From Eledone cirrhosa (Eukaryota): a stretch of 64,000 nucleotides of DNA. The notes under the pieces are model-generated. The model saw nothing but the letters and a program-made list of their open reading frames with translations, did not search any database and was not told where the DNA came from. Location: positions 362,576,001 to 362,640,000 of the forward strand of contig OZ024743.1 of the NCBI GenBank assembly GCA_964016885.1. Direction: 5' to 3'. Both the position numbers and the translations under genes were made by a program. Below are positions 1 through 14,899 of this stretch, piece by piece. Within the stretch, counting starts at the first letter, position 1, and each line of letters starts with the position of its first letter.

Positions 1-613
1 ATATTGGAGTTTGGAACATTGCAATAGAGAATTTTTTAAATTATTTAGTGCGACCAACATTACAGATACTGTGAATCGAGGAGGGAACCTCTATGTGGTC
101 ATCTGATTTACTAGAAATAGCAACAAAATATTCTCCAAACCCAAACCTAGCGTGTTATCAAAGGACAGGCAAGCGTTGCATAGTGTGGTTGTGGATTTCC
201 TGCACTTAGAAAAAAGACGGGCCGGCATGATTAGAATGATTTTGCTCATAAGACTGTTCGATCAGAGTTAGGATTATGTTAAACAGAAACAATCATAGAT
301 ACCATAAACCTACGAGAGAATCTTCATGTAGTTATTCAATCCGACAGAAATGCAACCAAATCAAACTCAAACCAAACCGTACAGTCTTTGCTATAATCTA
401 TGGAAAACACAGCTTGGTCAGAGTTAACTTGGGGCTGAACAATCACAATAACAAGAGCAGTAACAACAAACAATAACAACAAAAGCAACAGCAATTATAG
501 ATATGATATCATTCTTTAGAACGAGGAACAGAAGCAAAGTCTTTTGGAGATTGATACCACTGCCAATGTAAAAATCTGTCTAAAGCAGCAACAAACATAT
601 GAAGTGAAATAAT

Positions 614-711
614 TGTTTCTACTTTAGGTACAATGCCAGCAATTACCCATTGCATTACTGGTACTTTATTTTATCGACCCCGTAAGGATGAAAGGCAAAG
701 TCAACCTCGGT
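614..711 (-). mobile_element. 5'-truncated tRNA-derived SINE (family S1) with 18-bp TSD
   Basis: Reverse complement of the S1 body GCCTTTCATCCTTACGGGGTCGATAAAATAAAGTACCAG...AAAGTAGAAACA; direct repeat CATATGAAGTGAAATAAT at 596-613 and 712-729. Confidence 0.9.
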
Positions 712-1342
712 CATATGAAGTGAAATAATATAATACAAAATGTAGAGTTATTTTTATTATTACTCATATACCACCTCGTACACCACCGATTACTAGATCT
801 CTGGATTCGCTTGAGCAATATTCTTGTCAATAATATCGATTGATTCATTTCCAGGCATTCTTTTGACAGTAATTAGAGGCTAGTTAGAAGTGAAATCCAA
901 GTTTCTGGTTCTGCTAGAATACGAAATGCAGGTCTGAAAAAAAGCAATTCTGAAGGGTTTCGACATTCTTAGTATGGTTTATGATATTATAAATCACTAC
1001 TGGACAATAATATGAAACAACTGTGTGAGAATGTCTAGTATGAACAGTCTTATTTGTTTTATTTTCCAAATCACAGGCAAACGCATTTATAATATTTTCC
1101 TTTTTGATCATGGTGTTTCTGAATGTTAAATGGGTCTGACCTCACTTTCAAGGTCACAGAAGTATTGTCGACAAGAAGTGGTAAACGGTCTGTTCCATTC
1201 ATGAAGTTAAACGCGTTTTTTGGGGTGGGGGGTAGTAGCTTTCTTTTGTACATTATTTATTTATATATTTGTGGTGGTGGAGGGTTATTCTCTGAATAAA
1301 AACACTGCAGGATAGCATTTATTTCCAGAAAAGACATATTTG

Positions 1343-1410
<68 letters not shown>

Positions 1411-1589
1411 TCCGAAGAGATTGTTTTGGTAAAAACAGGAGTAAGCAGGAGAAAGCTCTTAACATTCGTAGTTTGTAGTTACGGTGTAGATTCAGTATAA
1501 CATTAATAAAGATGCTGAGAATAAACGATTTATGTAACATCAGCATCTTTATTAATGTTATATATATACATATATTGTTATACTTTAAG

Positions 1590-1800
1590 AGGGTCATGCT
1601 ACCAATAAAAACACACCTGTTAGTTTCACTTCAATTTATTATAAACGCCCAGTCGGTTAATTTAATAACCGGAAGGTTGTTTAGTTGTTGATTGTCATAG
1701 CTCTTTCGTCACACGTCCTGTGACCTCCTTAGTGACTGCTTTGGTTATTTTGTGTCTCTCCTTTGTTCTTTCCTACATCTTGTTTTTTTTGGCCGTGTAC
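1590..1800 (+). repeat. Dispersed repeat homologous to 25320-25510, possibly a PLE terminal-repeat fragment
   Basis: Shared CCAATAAAAACACAC..TTTCACTTCAATTTATTATAAA..GGAAGGTTGTTTA..AGCTCTTTCGTCA..TGTGACCTCCT; both copies are flanked by (TA)n/(TG)n. Confidence 0.65.
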
Positions 1801-1844
1801 GTTAAGTACGTAGTATATATATATATATATGTATGTATACATAC

Positions 1845-1906
<62 letters not shown>

Positions 1907-2041
1907 GTGTGTGTGTGTGCGTGTGTGTGCGTGTGTGTGTATGTGTGCGTGCCTGCGTGTGTGTCTGTGTGTTTGTTTGTAGGTATCCGTGAATGACAGA
2001 TGAAGGAAAACAGTGCTCAGTCTGTTGCATAGGAGCTTATT

Positions 2042-2230
2042 TAGTATGAACAATGTTTCATACACTTAACATCGATGTGCGACCATTGGTTTCGGGGCCC
2101 AGTTATGGCCGCGTGCCCGATGAAGGGCTAGTTTGAAAGTGCCTCCTCAAATATACTGTGGTGGCCATAACTGGACTCCGAAACCAAGGGTCGTAATAGA
2201 TGTTTAGTTTGTGAAACATTATTTATACTA
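2042..2230 (+). repeat. Imperfect inverted repeat containing a degenerate type I hammerhead motif
   Basis: Arms 2042-2110 and 2163-2230; GTGC-CCGATGA...GAAAC-CAAGG-GTC; the opposite arm reads GAAACCAATGGTC-GCAC, restoring stem I. Confidence 0.6.
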
Positions 2231-2279
2231 TATATAGATATAGGAAAATCTGTTTAAAAAATTGAGTTTTTCTTTGAAA

Positions 2280-2621
2280 TTACTTTTTGAAAAATCTTAC
2301 ATTACTGATACGTCTTTCTTGAGTGAAATTTTCACTACACCTGGAGAATAGGAAAACATCATGATTGGCCTGAATTCGTCCTCCACATTCCTTTATATGT
2401 TGGCTTTGAGGGATCTTACTCGTGTGAGGATCACCGATTTGTTGACAGTGAGCCTTCATTCGTATTCGGCGTGAACTGCCTGTTTGTCCAATATTATGTT
2501 CGTGACAGCCTTTACACGTTATAATGCTTATTAGATTCTCCAAGCTGCAAGAAAAGTCATTTTTAATTTTAAAAATGAAATTAAATTCGTTTCCCTCTAA
2601 CAGATAGTTGGGCGATTGCAC
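2280..2621 (-). pseudogene. Penelope-like GIY-YIG endonuclease remnant
   Basis: FSCSLENLISIITCKGCHEHNIGQTG..RIRMKAH resembles the PLE GIY-YIG pattern (NxIYxIxCxxCxxxYIGxT...RxxxH). Confidence 0.7.
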
Positions 2622-2719
2622 CTTTTTACCTCAGGTTCTTTAGTAACGGTGTGCAGGTTTAATCAAACACACACACACGCACACACACACACATACACAC
2701 ATATATATATATATACAGA

Positions 2720-3042
2720 AAGGGTAAAAACTCCCTTCGGTCATGAATGACCATGGGATTTGCACCTAAAAAGTTCCCCCCGATTTACAAGTCCGGGCAA
2801 GGTTGTTTGGGGGAGAGCCACCAGTCGCCCATGCATGCCAATCTCCTCTCTCCATGCCACCAATGTTGTCTAAGGGAAAGGTAGAAGCCGATACAACTTG
2901 GCACCAGTGACGTCGCAACCAATTTCTACAGCTGACTGAACTGGAGCAACATGAAATAAATTGTTTTTCTCAAGGGCACAACGCATCACCCGGTCTGAGA
3001 TCCCGATTGCAAGCCCAAAGCTCTAATCACTAAGCCATACGC
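2720..3042 (-). mobile_element. tRNA-headed SINE with CORE-like middle (family S2-related)
   Basis: Minus strand GCGTATGGCTTAGTGATTAGAGC (A box) followed by TGTGCCCTTGAG..ATTTCATGTTGCTCCAG, shared with 26569 and 37146. Confidence 0.65.
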
Positions 3043-3065
3043 AATCTTATAAGGACAAATATATA

Positions 3066-3285
3066 CGAAAGCCGGCTGAAACGTTCATAGGCTGAAAAAT
3101 TCATAAGCTGTCTATAAAGAGTGATGCGGAGCTGTGAAACCTTGCATGCATTAATTTCAACTTTTATAATTGCATTGTCTCTTTCCAGGAACTATGTTGA
3201 AACATAAACCTCATTTGGTCATTCCACTTGAGTATCTTGGTCAGCCTATGAACTTTAAGCCTATGAATGTTTCAGCCGAGCCTTG
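3066..3285. mobile_element. Mariner-type MITE
   Basis: TIRs CGAAAGCCGGCTGAAACGTTCATAGGCT / AGCCTATGAATGTTTCAGCCGAGCCTTG, flanked by TA on both sides. Confidence 0.7.
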
Positions 3286-4110
3286 TATATATTCGTCCTT
3301 ATTTAGGTGTGTTTGCTGACGTGTAAGTCTAAAAATATTGGTGTGGCAACAGATTGTTTGTCTATGAGGGAAAATATTAGTTTATAACAATGTAGGTTAC
3401 ATCGAACAATACGGTCTACTGTGTAGTATAAATATTGTGTTGATCATTATATGTGTGTGTATGTGAGTGCGTGTGCATATAAGCGAGAATACGTGTGTTT
3501 AAGAGAAGGGAGGTTTTATGTTTGTGTATGTATGTTGGGGTAGATTTGGTATTTGTGTGTATGCATATATGTATGTGTGTGCGTGTGTCTGTGTACATGA
3601 AGTGAATGCGTCTCTATTTATGTAAGTATGGTGGCCTGGTCTGAATTTGTGTCTATGAGTGTATGTAAAAAGGTTATTCTCTATGTGCTTGTGCGTGTAT
3701 GTGTGTGTGTGTGTGTGTGCGTGTGTGAGTGTGTGCGCGGGTGTGTGTGTGCATGTGTGTGTGTTTTGTGTGCGTGTGTGAAAGACAGAAATTATATATG
3801 TCTGGTGAGTTTTTCTGTGATTGTGTACAAATGATAGGGCCGAATTTCTGTGGGTAGGTGCATGTGTGAGATGGTGTGATTGTGTGAGTTTGTGTGCATG
3901 TTGATGAAGCAACATTGAAGGTATCAAAATATGGAGGGGAAGGAAGGTAGGGAAGGGGGAAGGTAGGAGAATGTGTGAAGGAAGATGTGAATGAAGAAAG
4001 GACCGAAGAATGGAAGGAAGACAGGGAGGATGGGAGGAAAGAAGGAGGAATGAAAACTAGAGAGTAAGTTTCTATGCAATGAAAGATTGGAGAATGGGAA
4101 TTTATATGGA

Positions 4111-4318
4111 TAAAGTTGGTCCCCGACTTACGACCGAGTTCCATTCCGATCAACCGGTCGTAAGTCGAGAAGGAGACTACTTGAAGACCTAACGTATCAC
4201 CTGGGGTGAGGTATTTTATATGCATCACTTATATGTATTGTACTTAGTAGCTATTACAACCGGTAGCAAACACGGGTGGTCATATGTTGCATAAAGTGTA
4301 TCTCAAGGAATGTCTGTA
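4111..4318. mobile_element. Tigger/pogo-like MITE remnant
   Basis: GTCCCCGACTTACGACC...GGTCGTAAGTCG internal palindrome typical of Tigger ends; degenerate right end ending CTGTA. Confidence 0.45.
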
Positions 4319-4504
4319 TTTACCGTACAGGTGAATCATCCGTACCGGTTCTTATCCAGCTTAAAATACATAAACGCGATTACTTAATATATACTGAGCA
4401 ATTACTTGAAATGTGTTCTGCTTTATTTTATAACTGAGAATATCTGATCTTTCATATACTGTACCGATTGTGTTTTTATTTCTGTTTACCTTTTACATAC
4501 ATAG

Positions 4505-4652
<148 letters not shown>

Positions 4653-4743
4653 GTCAACATGAATGGACCTGTTATTTTTATCTAGAGACATTTTTCCAAT
4701 TCCATTCCGCCCGTCCTTTCAATCTATCTTATTTCTCACTCTT

Positions 4744-4779
4744 TCTTCTGATGGAGGACTAGCGTCCGCAACGTTAAGA
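4744..4779 (+). ncRNA. Degenerate minimal type I hammerhead motif
   Basis: TCTT-CTGATGG-A-GGAC/TAGC/GTCC-GCAAC-GTT-AAGA: stems I and II pair, two core substitutions. Confidence 0.5.
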
Positions 4780-5938
4780 CCCTCTTCCTGCTATTTCAAG
4801 CGTTAACCTTATATATTCCTTCGATATATAATATTGCTTTTTGATGAACTCCTTATGGTAGAGTTTTTCGGAATGTTTTTGACTGTTGTTTCATGTAAAC
4901 AAACATTCGTCTCATTCTGACGTCACCAGCCCCGTTTTTCCACATGTGCGTTTTATTTTCATAATCACGCATGATGTTAAAATAGCCTGCTTTTAAATTC
5001 CCTTTTTGGGATATTAATCAATGAGAATTTGGCTATCGTGTTGAGCTCTGCTGACGATCGGGTTCCAACCGTGACCATGTCCACTGAAAGTTTTCGTGAA
5101 ATAGTCTTTTCAAGACTATACAGAGCATTTGTAGTTGTCCCAAATTGAAGGATGAGTATTTTAAACTTTATTTTATCATGAGGTAAGGCTCTATTGATTT
5201 CTCCCTGGATTTCACTAAATTCTGTTTCATTAAATTGTGATTTCACTAAATTCTGATTTCACTAAATTCTGTCTATATCCTGATTCTTTTTGAATTGAAT
5301 TTGAATTATTTTTCCCACATCTTACGTTAATTATTTTCTCATTTTGACGCTATAGTCACTTATATATTATGGAATACTGTTGGCTTCTTGCTACAATACT
5401 TTCTATACCTTTCATTTATATATATATATATAAACATGAGAAGAATTGAGTGCTGCGTGGTTGCACATGGGTTACATATGAAAAAAAATAGTCCTTCATC
5501 AGTGATTTTCCAACCTTCATTGGTATTTCATCGCTTTAAAAATCATATACCTCCAGTTGGTGCGAACAATAGCTAATTAAAGCTATTGGGACAAGTAATA
5601 TCGCGTAAAGCGAGCGAGACAAGTAAACAAACATATAAGGTATAGCAACGGAAAGATAGGAAGAAACAAGCACATGATATCCGTTCAGCTTAAGCTGGGT
5701 GAATTTCATGGGCGAGAGAGACAACAGACCGTCCGACGTGAGTAAGGTGTGAGCGAGAAAGGACCCCACACAGGCCAAACGGGAGGAAGTGAGAAGGGGA
5801 GAAGCAGAGAGTGAGTGAGTGAGTGGAAGTGCGAGGAAGAGGCCAGTCGAGAGAAAGTGTGACTGACAGAGGGGGCGAAAGAAGGTGATAGATACAGAAA
5901 GAGGGGGGAAGCAGTAAGAGAGAAACAGACAAACGCAG

Positions 5939-6443
<505 letters not shown>

Positions 6444-6694
6444 ATTTCAATCATCGAGAGTTATTAACTCTCGACAAAATTCAGGTGAGAATATTGCACT
6501 CACTGTGACGGTGCTGCAGACCTTCACACAGACACGCTCGTCCACTGCTAAAGAAAAGCTACTTCGATAATCACCATAAAGACATGCTATCAGCTCCTTC
6601 TGCCTCTTCTACCGCTATTACAACTGTCTCTGCTCCTCTACGCTTGCTGGTCTCCTACCATCACCTATTATATATATATATACATGTGTGTGTG

Positions 6695-6769
<75 letters not shown>

Positions 6770-6965
6770 GATAAATCTACCAAGAGTTTACGGTAGTGTC
6801 CAATCCGTATGAAGAACTCAATGTATTCCGGATATCATGGAAAGAAGAGATGTAATGAAAAATCACTTTCGGTGAAAGATAAACGGTATACAGAGTCAAG
6901 ATAAAATATTAAACAAATAATGAATAAAACAATGAAACAGTTCCTTATATTAAACAAAAAAAGTT

Positions 6966-7115
6966 CATTATTTAACGATCGTTTCTAGGATATATATGTG
7001 TTAGAATTGGCATGCATATTCAACAGATCTATGTACAAAATTATACAAAATTATACAAACTATCAAGATTAAATATACATACCAACACATATATACGCTG
7101 TCTTCAGAAATAATG
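6966..7115 (-). ncRNA. Type I hammerhead ribozyme with long stem II (left-arm copy)
   Basis: Reverse complement of 13800-13949. Confidence 0.7.
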
Positions 7116-7733
7116 AAATATATTTATTGATAATAACAACAATTCAAAATTTCAGGTCCGTTTGGGAACAAAATTGACCAATGAAAATACAAAAGGTTTT
7201 ATGCAGTTCGGTGTGTGTATATACATGTAACTACCCTTACACATATTTTACAAAAATGTATGCTCAACATGTATACGCATACCCAAAGGATGGATGCAAA
7301 TACAAAATTTCAAGGTTAATGTCTCTGTAAGTTTATAATGCACAGATAAGATGCGTATAGACACATAAATATGAAATAAGTGTATACACATATTCTCATA
7401 CTCACACATATCCGTACAATCACACACACGCGCGCGTATATGCATAAACATACACATAATTACGAACATACAAACACACACACACCCCCACTCACATATA
7501 TATATGTGGATATAATATCATAAGCACATGGATATTAATTCACTCACATAAACACTGTCACACACATTTAGATCAAGATACAGAAATTAGGTGGGAGGGG
7601 GGGAGAGGTCAGTATTCAACGGTTTGGGCAGACTGCTTATTATAGATGTATCTATAAACTAAGAAAATAAAAAATAAAAATTAAAAAGGAAAGAAAAGAA
7701 AAAGAAAAAAGAAAAAAGAAATATATCAAGAAA

Positions 7734-7825
<92 letters not shown>

Positions 7826-7922
7826 ACATACATACATATACACACATCCACACTTAGAACATACATACACACACATATATAAACATATACATATACACAC
7901 ATACACACATATACACACATAC

Positions 7923-7983
<61 letters not shown>

Positions 7984-8291
7984 TATATACACCTATAATC
8001 ACACATACTATATAGACACACATATATATACACACATACACGCACATATATATACACATACATACTTATATACATACAGATATACACATACATACCTATA
8101 TATAGACACAAATACATACAGATATACATACATACATACACACAAATACTTACGCATCCATATATCGGTATATACATACAAACACCACTACACTCTCACA
8201 CAACTCAGACATACAAAGAAAAAGGTATATACCTATATACATATACATATACAAATAGAGATACACATACATATATATATATATATATATA

Positions 8292-8322
<31 letters not shown>

Positions 8323-8511
8323 ACACATATACACACATATACATACATACACATACATACATGTACACACACATACATATACATACATACACACATACAT
8401 ACATACATATATAGTCATACACACACATACACCTACACGAACATACACATACACATATATAAAGATATATATATACACACACACACATACACACACACAC
8501 ATATATATAAA

Positions 8512-8574
<63 letters not shown>

Positions 8575-8905
8575 CATATACATACACACATACATAGACG
8601 TATATGTACATACATACACATACATACATACATACACACACATATATACATATATATACACACATAGACACATACATACATACACACACAACATACATAC
8701 ACACACATATATACTCATACATAGAATTAGATATATATTCATACATACATACGCACTTACATATACTCATATATACAAATACATACGCATCCATATATGC
8801 GTATATACATACAAACACCACTACACCCTCACACAACTCAGACATACAAAGAAAAAGGCACATACATATACATATATACACGCATTAAAAGAGATATATA
8901 TACAC

Positions 8906-8936
<31 letters not shown>

Positions 8937-9159
8937 CATTTATATATATACACCCACACACACATACAACCATAAACACACATACAAAAGATACAAACAC
9001 ACACATACACATATATATACACATACATATATATACACACACACAAAAAACAGACATACATATATATATTTTTTTACACATATATATACACATATATGTA
9101 CATATACACACCCTCACATATACACACATACACATAAGTTATATTATAATAATAAATAA

Positions 9160-9195
<36 letters not shown>

Positions 9196-9452
9196 CACAT
9201 ACGAATATAGACATATATACACACATAGATATATATATATATATACATATACACACACACACACACACACACACTCACATATATATGTGCGCACACGCAC
9301 ATATATACACATACACACATATACACGTAAACACATACATGTGCATACATGCACATACACACATATACCCACATAGATACGAAGATAGACATATAAATAG
9401 AGAGACATACATATATATACACACACATATATACATACATACATACACACAC

Positions 9453-9491
<39 letters not shown>

Positions 9492-10574
9492 CATACACAC
9501 ATACACGCCCACACACATATACACATATACACATATATATACATACACACATACACATACACATATATATAGACATGCATATATACACATATATATATAT
9601 ACATACACACATATATATACACACAATCTTACATTCTTATTTGCATGCGCATATATGTATTTTTATATTCAGATATAAATACCCAAACATATATACACCT
9701 ACCTACATATATATTCATACATACACGCTTACAAACACAGATGATAATAGTATGGGGGAAAGGGGGGGGGGTTGGAGAAGGGGATTATAGTAAATATATG
9801 TTTCAAGAAACATAGAATATTATCTGTATCTGGATCCAATGTATGTTTTTACATAGTTTCAGTGTTAGGAAATACAAGAAATAAGGCAAAATTTATGCAT
9901 TTCAAAATAAATAAGTATACCATTAATTATATGTTAACTAAACTAAAGATAGTTTAGATGAAATCTAAGGATAGTTTAAATGAAATCTAAGGATATCCTA
10001 TTAAATAAACGACAGGAATTAATTATATCGTGTAATCATAAACTAAAAAAAACATTTAAATATTATAAACCTAATTAATAACATTATTTTAGAAATTAAT
10101 TTAATTTAAATGTTAGTTAACCTATAAATTTAATTTAATTAAAATTCTATTACAGATGAGAATATAAAATATTGTGTAATCATAAATTGTGAAAAACCTT
10201 TAAATATTACTAATATATACTTAGTAATTTAATTTATAGATTAATTTTAATTTATTTAAACCTTTTATTAAAATTCCTTTACAGATAAAATATAACAAAA
10301 TATCGTGTATCCAATGACAGAGAAATAATTTTTAGTATTATAGACCTAATTAATATACATTTTAGAAATATATTTATAATTTGGTTTTAAATTTAGTCAA
10401 CCTAAAAATTTAATTTAATTGGCTTAAAATTAGTATCCTTATACAGACGGATTGCAGAATATCATGTAATCATAGAATGGGATGTGTTTTGGATATATAC
10501 CTAGTTAATATATTCTTTGCAATTTTTGAAAAAATATGTATATGTATGTATGTATATGTATGTGTATGTGTGTG

Positions 10575-10613
<39 letters not shown>

Positions 10614-10632
10614 GTATGTATATATATATGTG

Positions 10633-10663
<31 letters not shown>

Positions 10664-11451
10664 TAATTTTGATTTCTATTTGCATATAATTATATTCTGC
10701 TATTGATAAAATACAATATCTGTTTTATTTATTATATACCTAATTAACATATACTATAGAAATTAATATATAATTTTTAATTTAGTTAACCTATAATTTA
10801 TATTCTACTACCGATGTAATACTTTATTTGTTTTTTCCCTATTACTAAATTCATTTCCTAATATTGATACCATAACGTTATTAACTTTAATTTAGTTATA
10901 CTATAATTAATACTCTACTACTATTTAACTTCAAAATTCTGCTTCAAATATTATAAACCTAACTAATTTACACCTTAGAAATCAATATGTTAACTATCTT
11001 TAGTTTAGTTAACATATAATTAATGGTATACTTATTTATTTTGAAATGCATAAATTTTGCCTTATTTCTTGTATTTCCTAACACTGAAACTATGTAAAAA
11101 CATACATTGGATCCAGATACAGATAATATTCTATGTTTCTTGAAACATATATTTACTATAATCCCCTTCTCCAACCCCCCCTTTCCCCCATACTATTATC
11201 ATCTGTGTTTGTAAGCGTGTATGTATGAATATATATGTAGGTAGGTGTATATATGTTTGGGTATTTATATCTGAATATAAAAATACATATATGCGCATGC
11301 AAATAAGAATGTAAGATTGTGTGTATATATATGTGTGTATGTATATATATATATGTGTATATATGCATGTCTATATATATGTGTATGTGTATGTGTGTAT
11401 GTATATATATGTGTATATGTGTATATGTGTGTGGGCGTGTATGTGTGTATG

Positions 11452-11490
<39 letters not shown>

Positions 11491-11743
11491 GTGTGTGTAT
11501 GTATGTATGTATATATGTGTGTGTATATATATGTATGTCTCTCTATTTATATGTCTATCTTCGTATCTATGTGGGTATATGTGTGTATGTGCATGTATGC
11601 ACATGTATGTGTTTACGTGTATATGTGTGTATGTGTATATATGTGCGTGTGCGCACATATATATGTGAGTGTGTGTGTGTGTGTGTGTATATGTATATAT
11701 ATATATATATCTATGTGTGTATATATGTCTATATTCGTATGTG

Positions 11744-11779
<36 letters not shown>

Positions 11780-12362
11780 TTATTTATTATTATAATATAA
11801 CTTATGTGTATGTGTGTATATGTGAGGGTGTGTATATGTACATATATGTGTATATATATGTGTAAAAAAATATATATATGTATGTCTGTTTTTTGTGTGT
11901 GTGTATATATATGTATGGGTATATATATGTGTATGTGTGTGTTTGTATCTTTTGTATGTGTGTTTATGGTTGTATGTGTGTGTGGGTGTATATATATAAA
12001 TGTATGTGTATATATATATATATATATATATGTGTATATATATCTCTTTTAATGCGTGTATATATGTATATGTATGTGCCTTTTTCTTTGTATGTCTGAG
12101 TTGTGTGAGGGTGTAGTGGTGTTTGTATGTATATACGCATATATGGATGCGTATGTATTTGTATATATGAGTATATGTAAGTGCGTATGTATGTATGAAT
12201 ATATATCTAATTCTATGTATGAGTATATATGTGTGTGTATGTATGTTGTGTGTGTATGTATGTATGTGTCTATGTGTGCATATATATGTATATATGTGTG
12301 TGTATGTATGTATGTATGTGTATGTATGTACATATACGTCTATGTATGTGTGTATGTATATG

Positions 12363-12409
<47 letters not shown>

Positions 12410-12615
12410 TTATTTTATATATATGTGTGTGTGTGTATGTGTGTGTGTGTATGTGTGTGTGTGTATATATATATCTTTATATATGTGTATGTGTATGTTC
12501 GTGTAGGTGTATGTGTGTGTATGACTATATATGTATGTATGTATGTGTGTATGTATGTATATGTATGTGTGTGTACATGTATGTATGTGTATGTATGTAT
12601 ATGTGTGTATATGTG

Positions 12616-12650
<35 letters not shown>

Positions 12651-12953
12651 ATATATATATATATATATATGTATGTGTATCTCTATTTGTATATGTATAT
12701 GTATATAGGTATATACCTTTTTCTTTGTATGTCTGAGTTGTGTGAGAGTGTAGTGGTGTTTGTATGTATATACCGATATATGGATGCGTAAGTATTTGTG
12801 TGTATGTATGTATGTATATCTGTATGTATTTGTGTCTATATATAGGTATGTATGTGTATATCTGTATGTATATAAGTATGTATGTGTATATATATGTGCG
12901 TGTATGTGTGTATATATATGTGTGTCTATATAGTATGTGTGATTATAGGTGTA

Positions 12954-13010
<57 letters not shown>

Positions 13011-13107
13011 GTATGTGTGTATATGTGTGTATGTGTGTATATGTATATGTTTATATATGTGTGTGTATGTATGTTCTAAGTGTGGATGTGTGTATATGTA
13101 TGTATGT

Positions 13108-13181
<74 letters not shown>

Positions 13182-13799
13182 TTTCTTGATATATTTCTTT
13201 TTTCTTTTTTCTTTTTCTTTTCTTTCCTTTTTAATTTTTATTTTTTATTTTCTTAGTTTATAGATACATCTATAATAAGCAGTCTGCCCAAACCGTTGAA
13301 TACTGACCTCTCCCCCCCTCCCACCTAATTTCTGTATCTTGATCTAAATGTGTGTGACAGTGTTTATGTGAGTGAATTAATATCCATGTGCTTATGATAT
13401 TATATCCACATATATATATGTGAGTGGGGGTGTGTGTGTGTTTGTATGTTCGTAATTATGTGTATGTTTATGCATATACGCGCGCGTGTGTGTGATTGTA
13501 CGGATATGTGTGAGTATGAGAATATGTGTATACACTTATTTCATATTTATGTGTCTATACGCATCTTATCTGTGCATTATAAACTTACAGAGACATTAAC
13601 CTTGAAATTTTGTATTTGCATCCATCCTTTGGGTATGCGTATACATGTTGAGCATACATTTTTGTAAAATATGTGTAAGTGTAGTTACATGTATATACAC
13701 ACACCGAACTGCATAAAACCTTTTGTATTTTCATTGGTCAATTTTGTTCCCAAACGGACCTGAAATTTTGAATTGTTGTTATTATCAATAAATATATTT

Positions 13800-13949
13800 C
13801 ATTATTTCTGAAGACGGCGTATATATGTGTTGGTATGTATATTTAATCTTGATAGTTTGTATAATTTTGTATAATTTTGTACATAGATCTGTTGAATATG
13901 CATGCCAATTCTAACACATATATATCCTAGAAACGATCGTTAAATAATG
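13800..13949 (+). ncRNA. Type I hammerhead ribozyme with about 115-nt stem II region
   Basis: CATTATTT-CTGAAGA-[TATATATGTGTTGG...CTAACACATATATA]-GAAAC-GATC-GTT-AAATAATG; stem I pairs perfectly, stem III palindromic. Confidence 0.7.
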
Positions 13950-14155
13950 AACTTTTTTTGTTTAATATAAGGAACTGTTTCATTGTTTTATTCATTATTT
14001 GTTTAATATTTTATATATATATATATATAGTAATAATGATAAATGTGAAGACTAAAATCCGAAGAGGGCTCGATAAGGATTATATATATATAAAATATAT
14101 AAAACCGTAGATATATATGTATATGCATATATGCTGGTGATTGAGGTGATGATGG

Positions 14156-14214
14156 CAGTAGTAGTGATAATGGTGGTGGTGGTGGTGGTGGTGGTGGTAG
14201 TAGTAAAGTAGTAT

Positions 14215-14277
<63 letters not shown>

Positions 14278-14345
14278 GAGGAGGAGGAGGAAGAGGAGGA
14301 GGAGGAGGAGGAGGAGGAGGAGGAGGAGGAGGAGGAGGAGGAGGG
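14156..14345. repeat. Compound (GGT)n/(TAG)n/(GAG)n trinucleotide microsatellite
   Basis: Seen directly. Confidence 0.95.
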
Positions 14346-14768
14346 TAGGAGAGGAGGAAAGGAGGAGAGGGATGAGATTTTAGACAAACTCTCCCAAAGT
14401 GAGTGACACATTTTCCAAAGTCAAGAAAGGTTCTAGATAAATTTTTTCAAATGCAACAAAGTGGAGTTCTACCTAGATCCTGTCAACAAAATCTCCATGC
14501 GGCTTTATTGACCTGGGTGTGCCCGGCCTCCGTAGAGTGGAAGAAACACTTGCGTGAGAGGGGATTCTTCTCTGAAGACCTTCTGCTGCCCATATCTCCT
14601 GTGGGAGTTTCTTGCAACTATTTTCTTAATATATTTCCCGTCTGAGTGTATATATATACTACATTTTCTTATATAGCTCCGTGTGCATATGTGTGTGTGT
14701 CAGCCTCTCATTAAAGTGTGGGTCCTTTATTTGATTTATGGAAACACCACTCAAATGTGAAACCTGTG

Positions 14769-14844
<76 letters not shown>

Positions 14845-14899
14845 CATATTCATTTCCATTAATTTTTGTTGTTGTTTCCGAAAAATAACTGAAAGTCCT

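Larger units (their letters stand above)
6777..14014. repeat. Large inverted duplication: arms 6901-9954 and 10992-14014, about 1-kb AT-rich spacer; left arm extends to about 6777
   Basis: Unique stretches are near-exact reverse complements (the same 77-aa spurious ORF at 7248-7481 - and 13434-13667 +); both outer ends abut (TA)n. Confidence 0.95.

Noticed and set aside
4977-5246. 89-aa ORF as a PLE N-terminal fragment
   Set aside because: Only a faint SLxNIP resemblance; insufficient without a profile search
5440-5510. CTGATGAAGGAC on the minus strand as a hammerhead
   Set aside because: No matching GAAA box or stem III before the TA tract
14055-14112. CCGAAGA...AAAACCGTAG as a hammerhead
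   Set aside because: Core too degenerate and stem II not supportable
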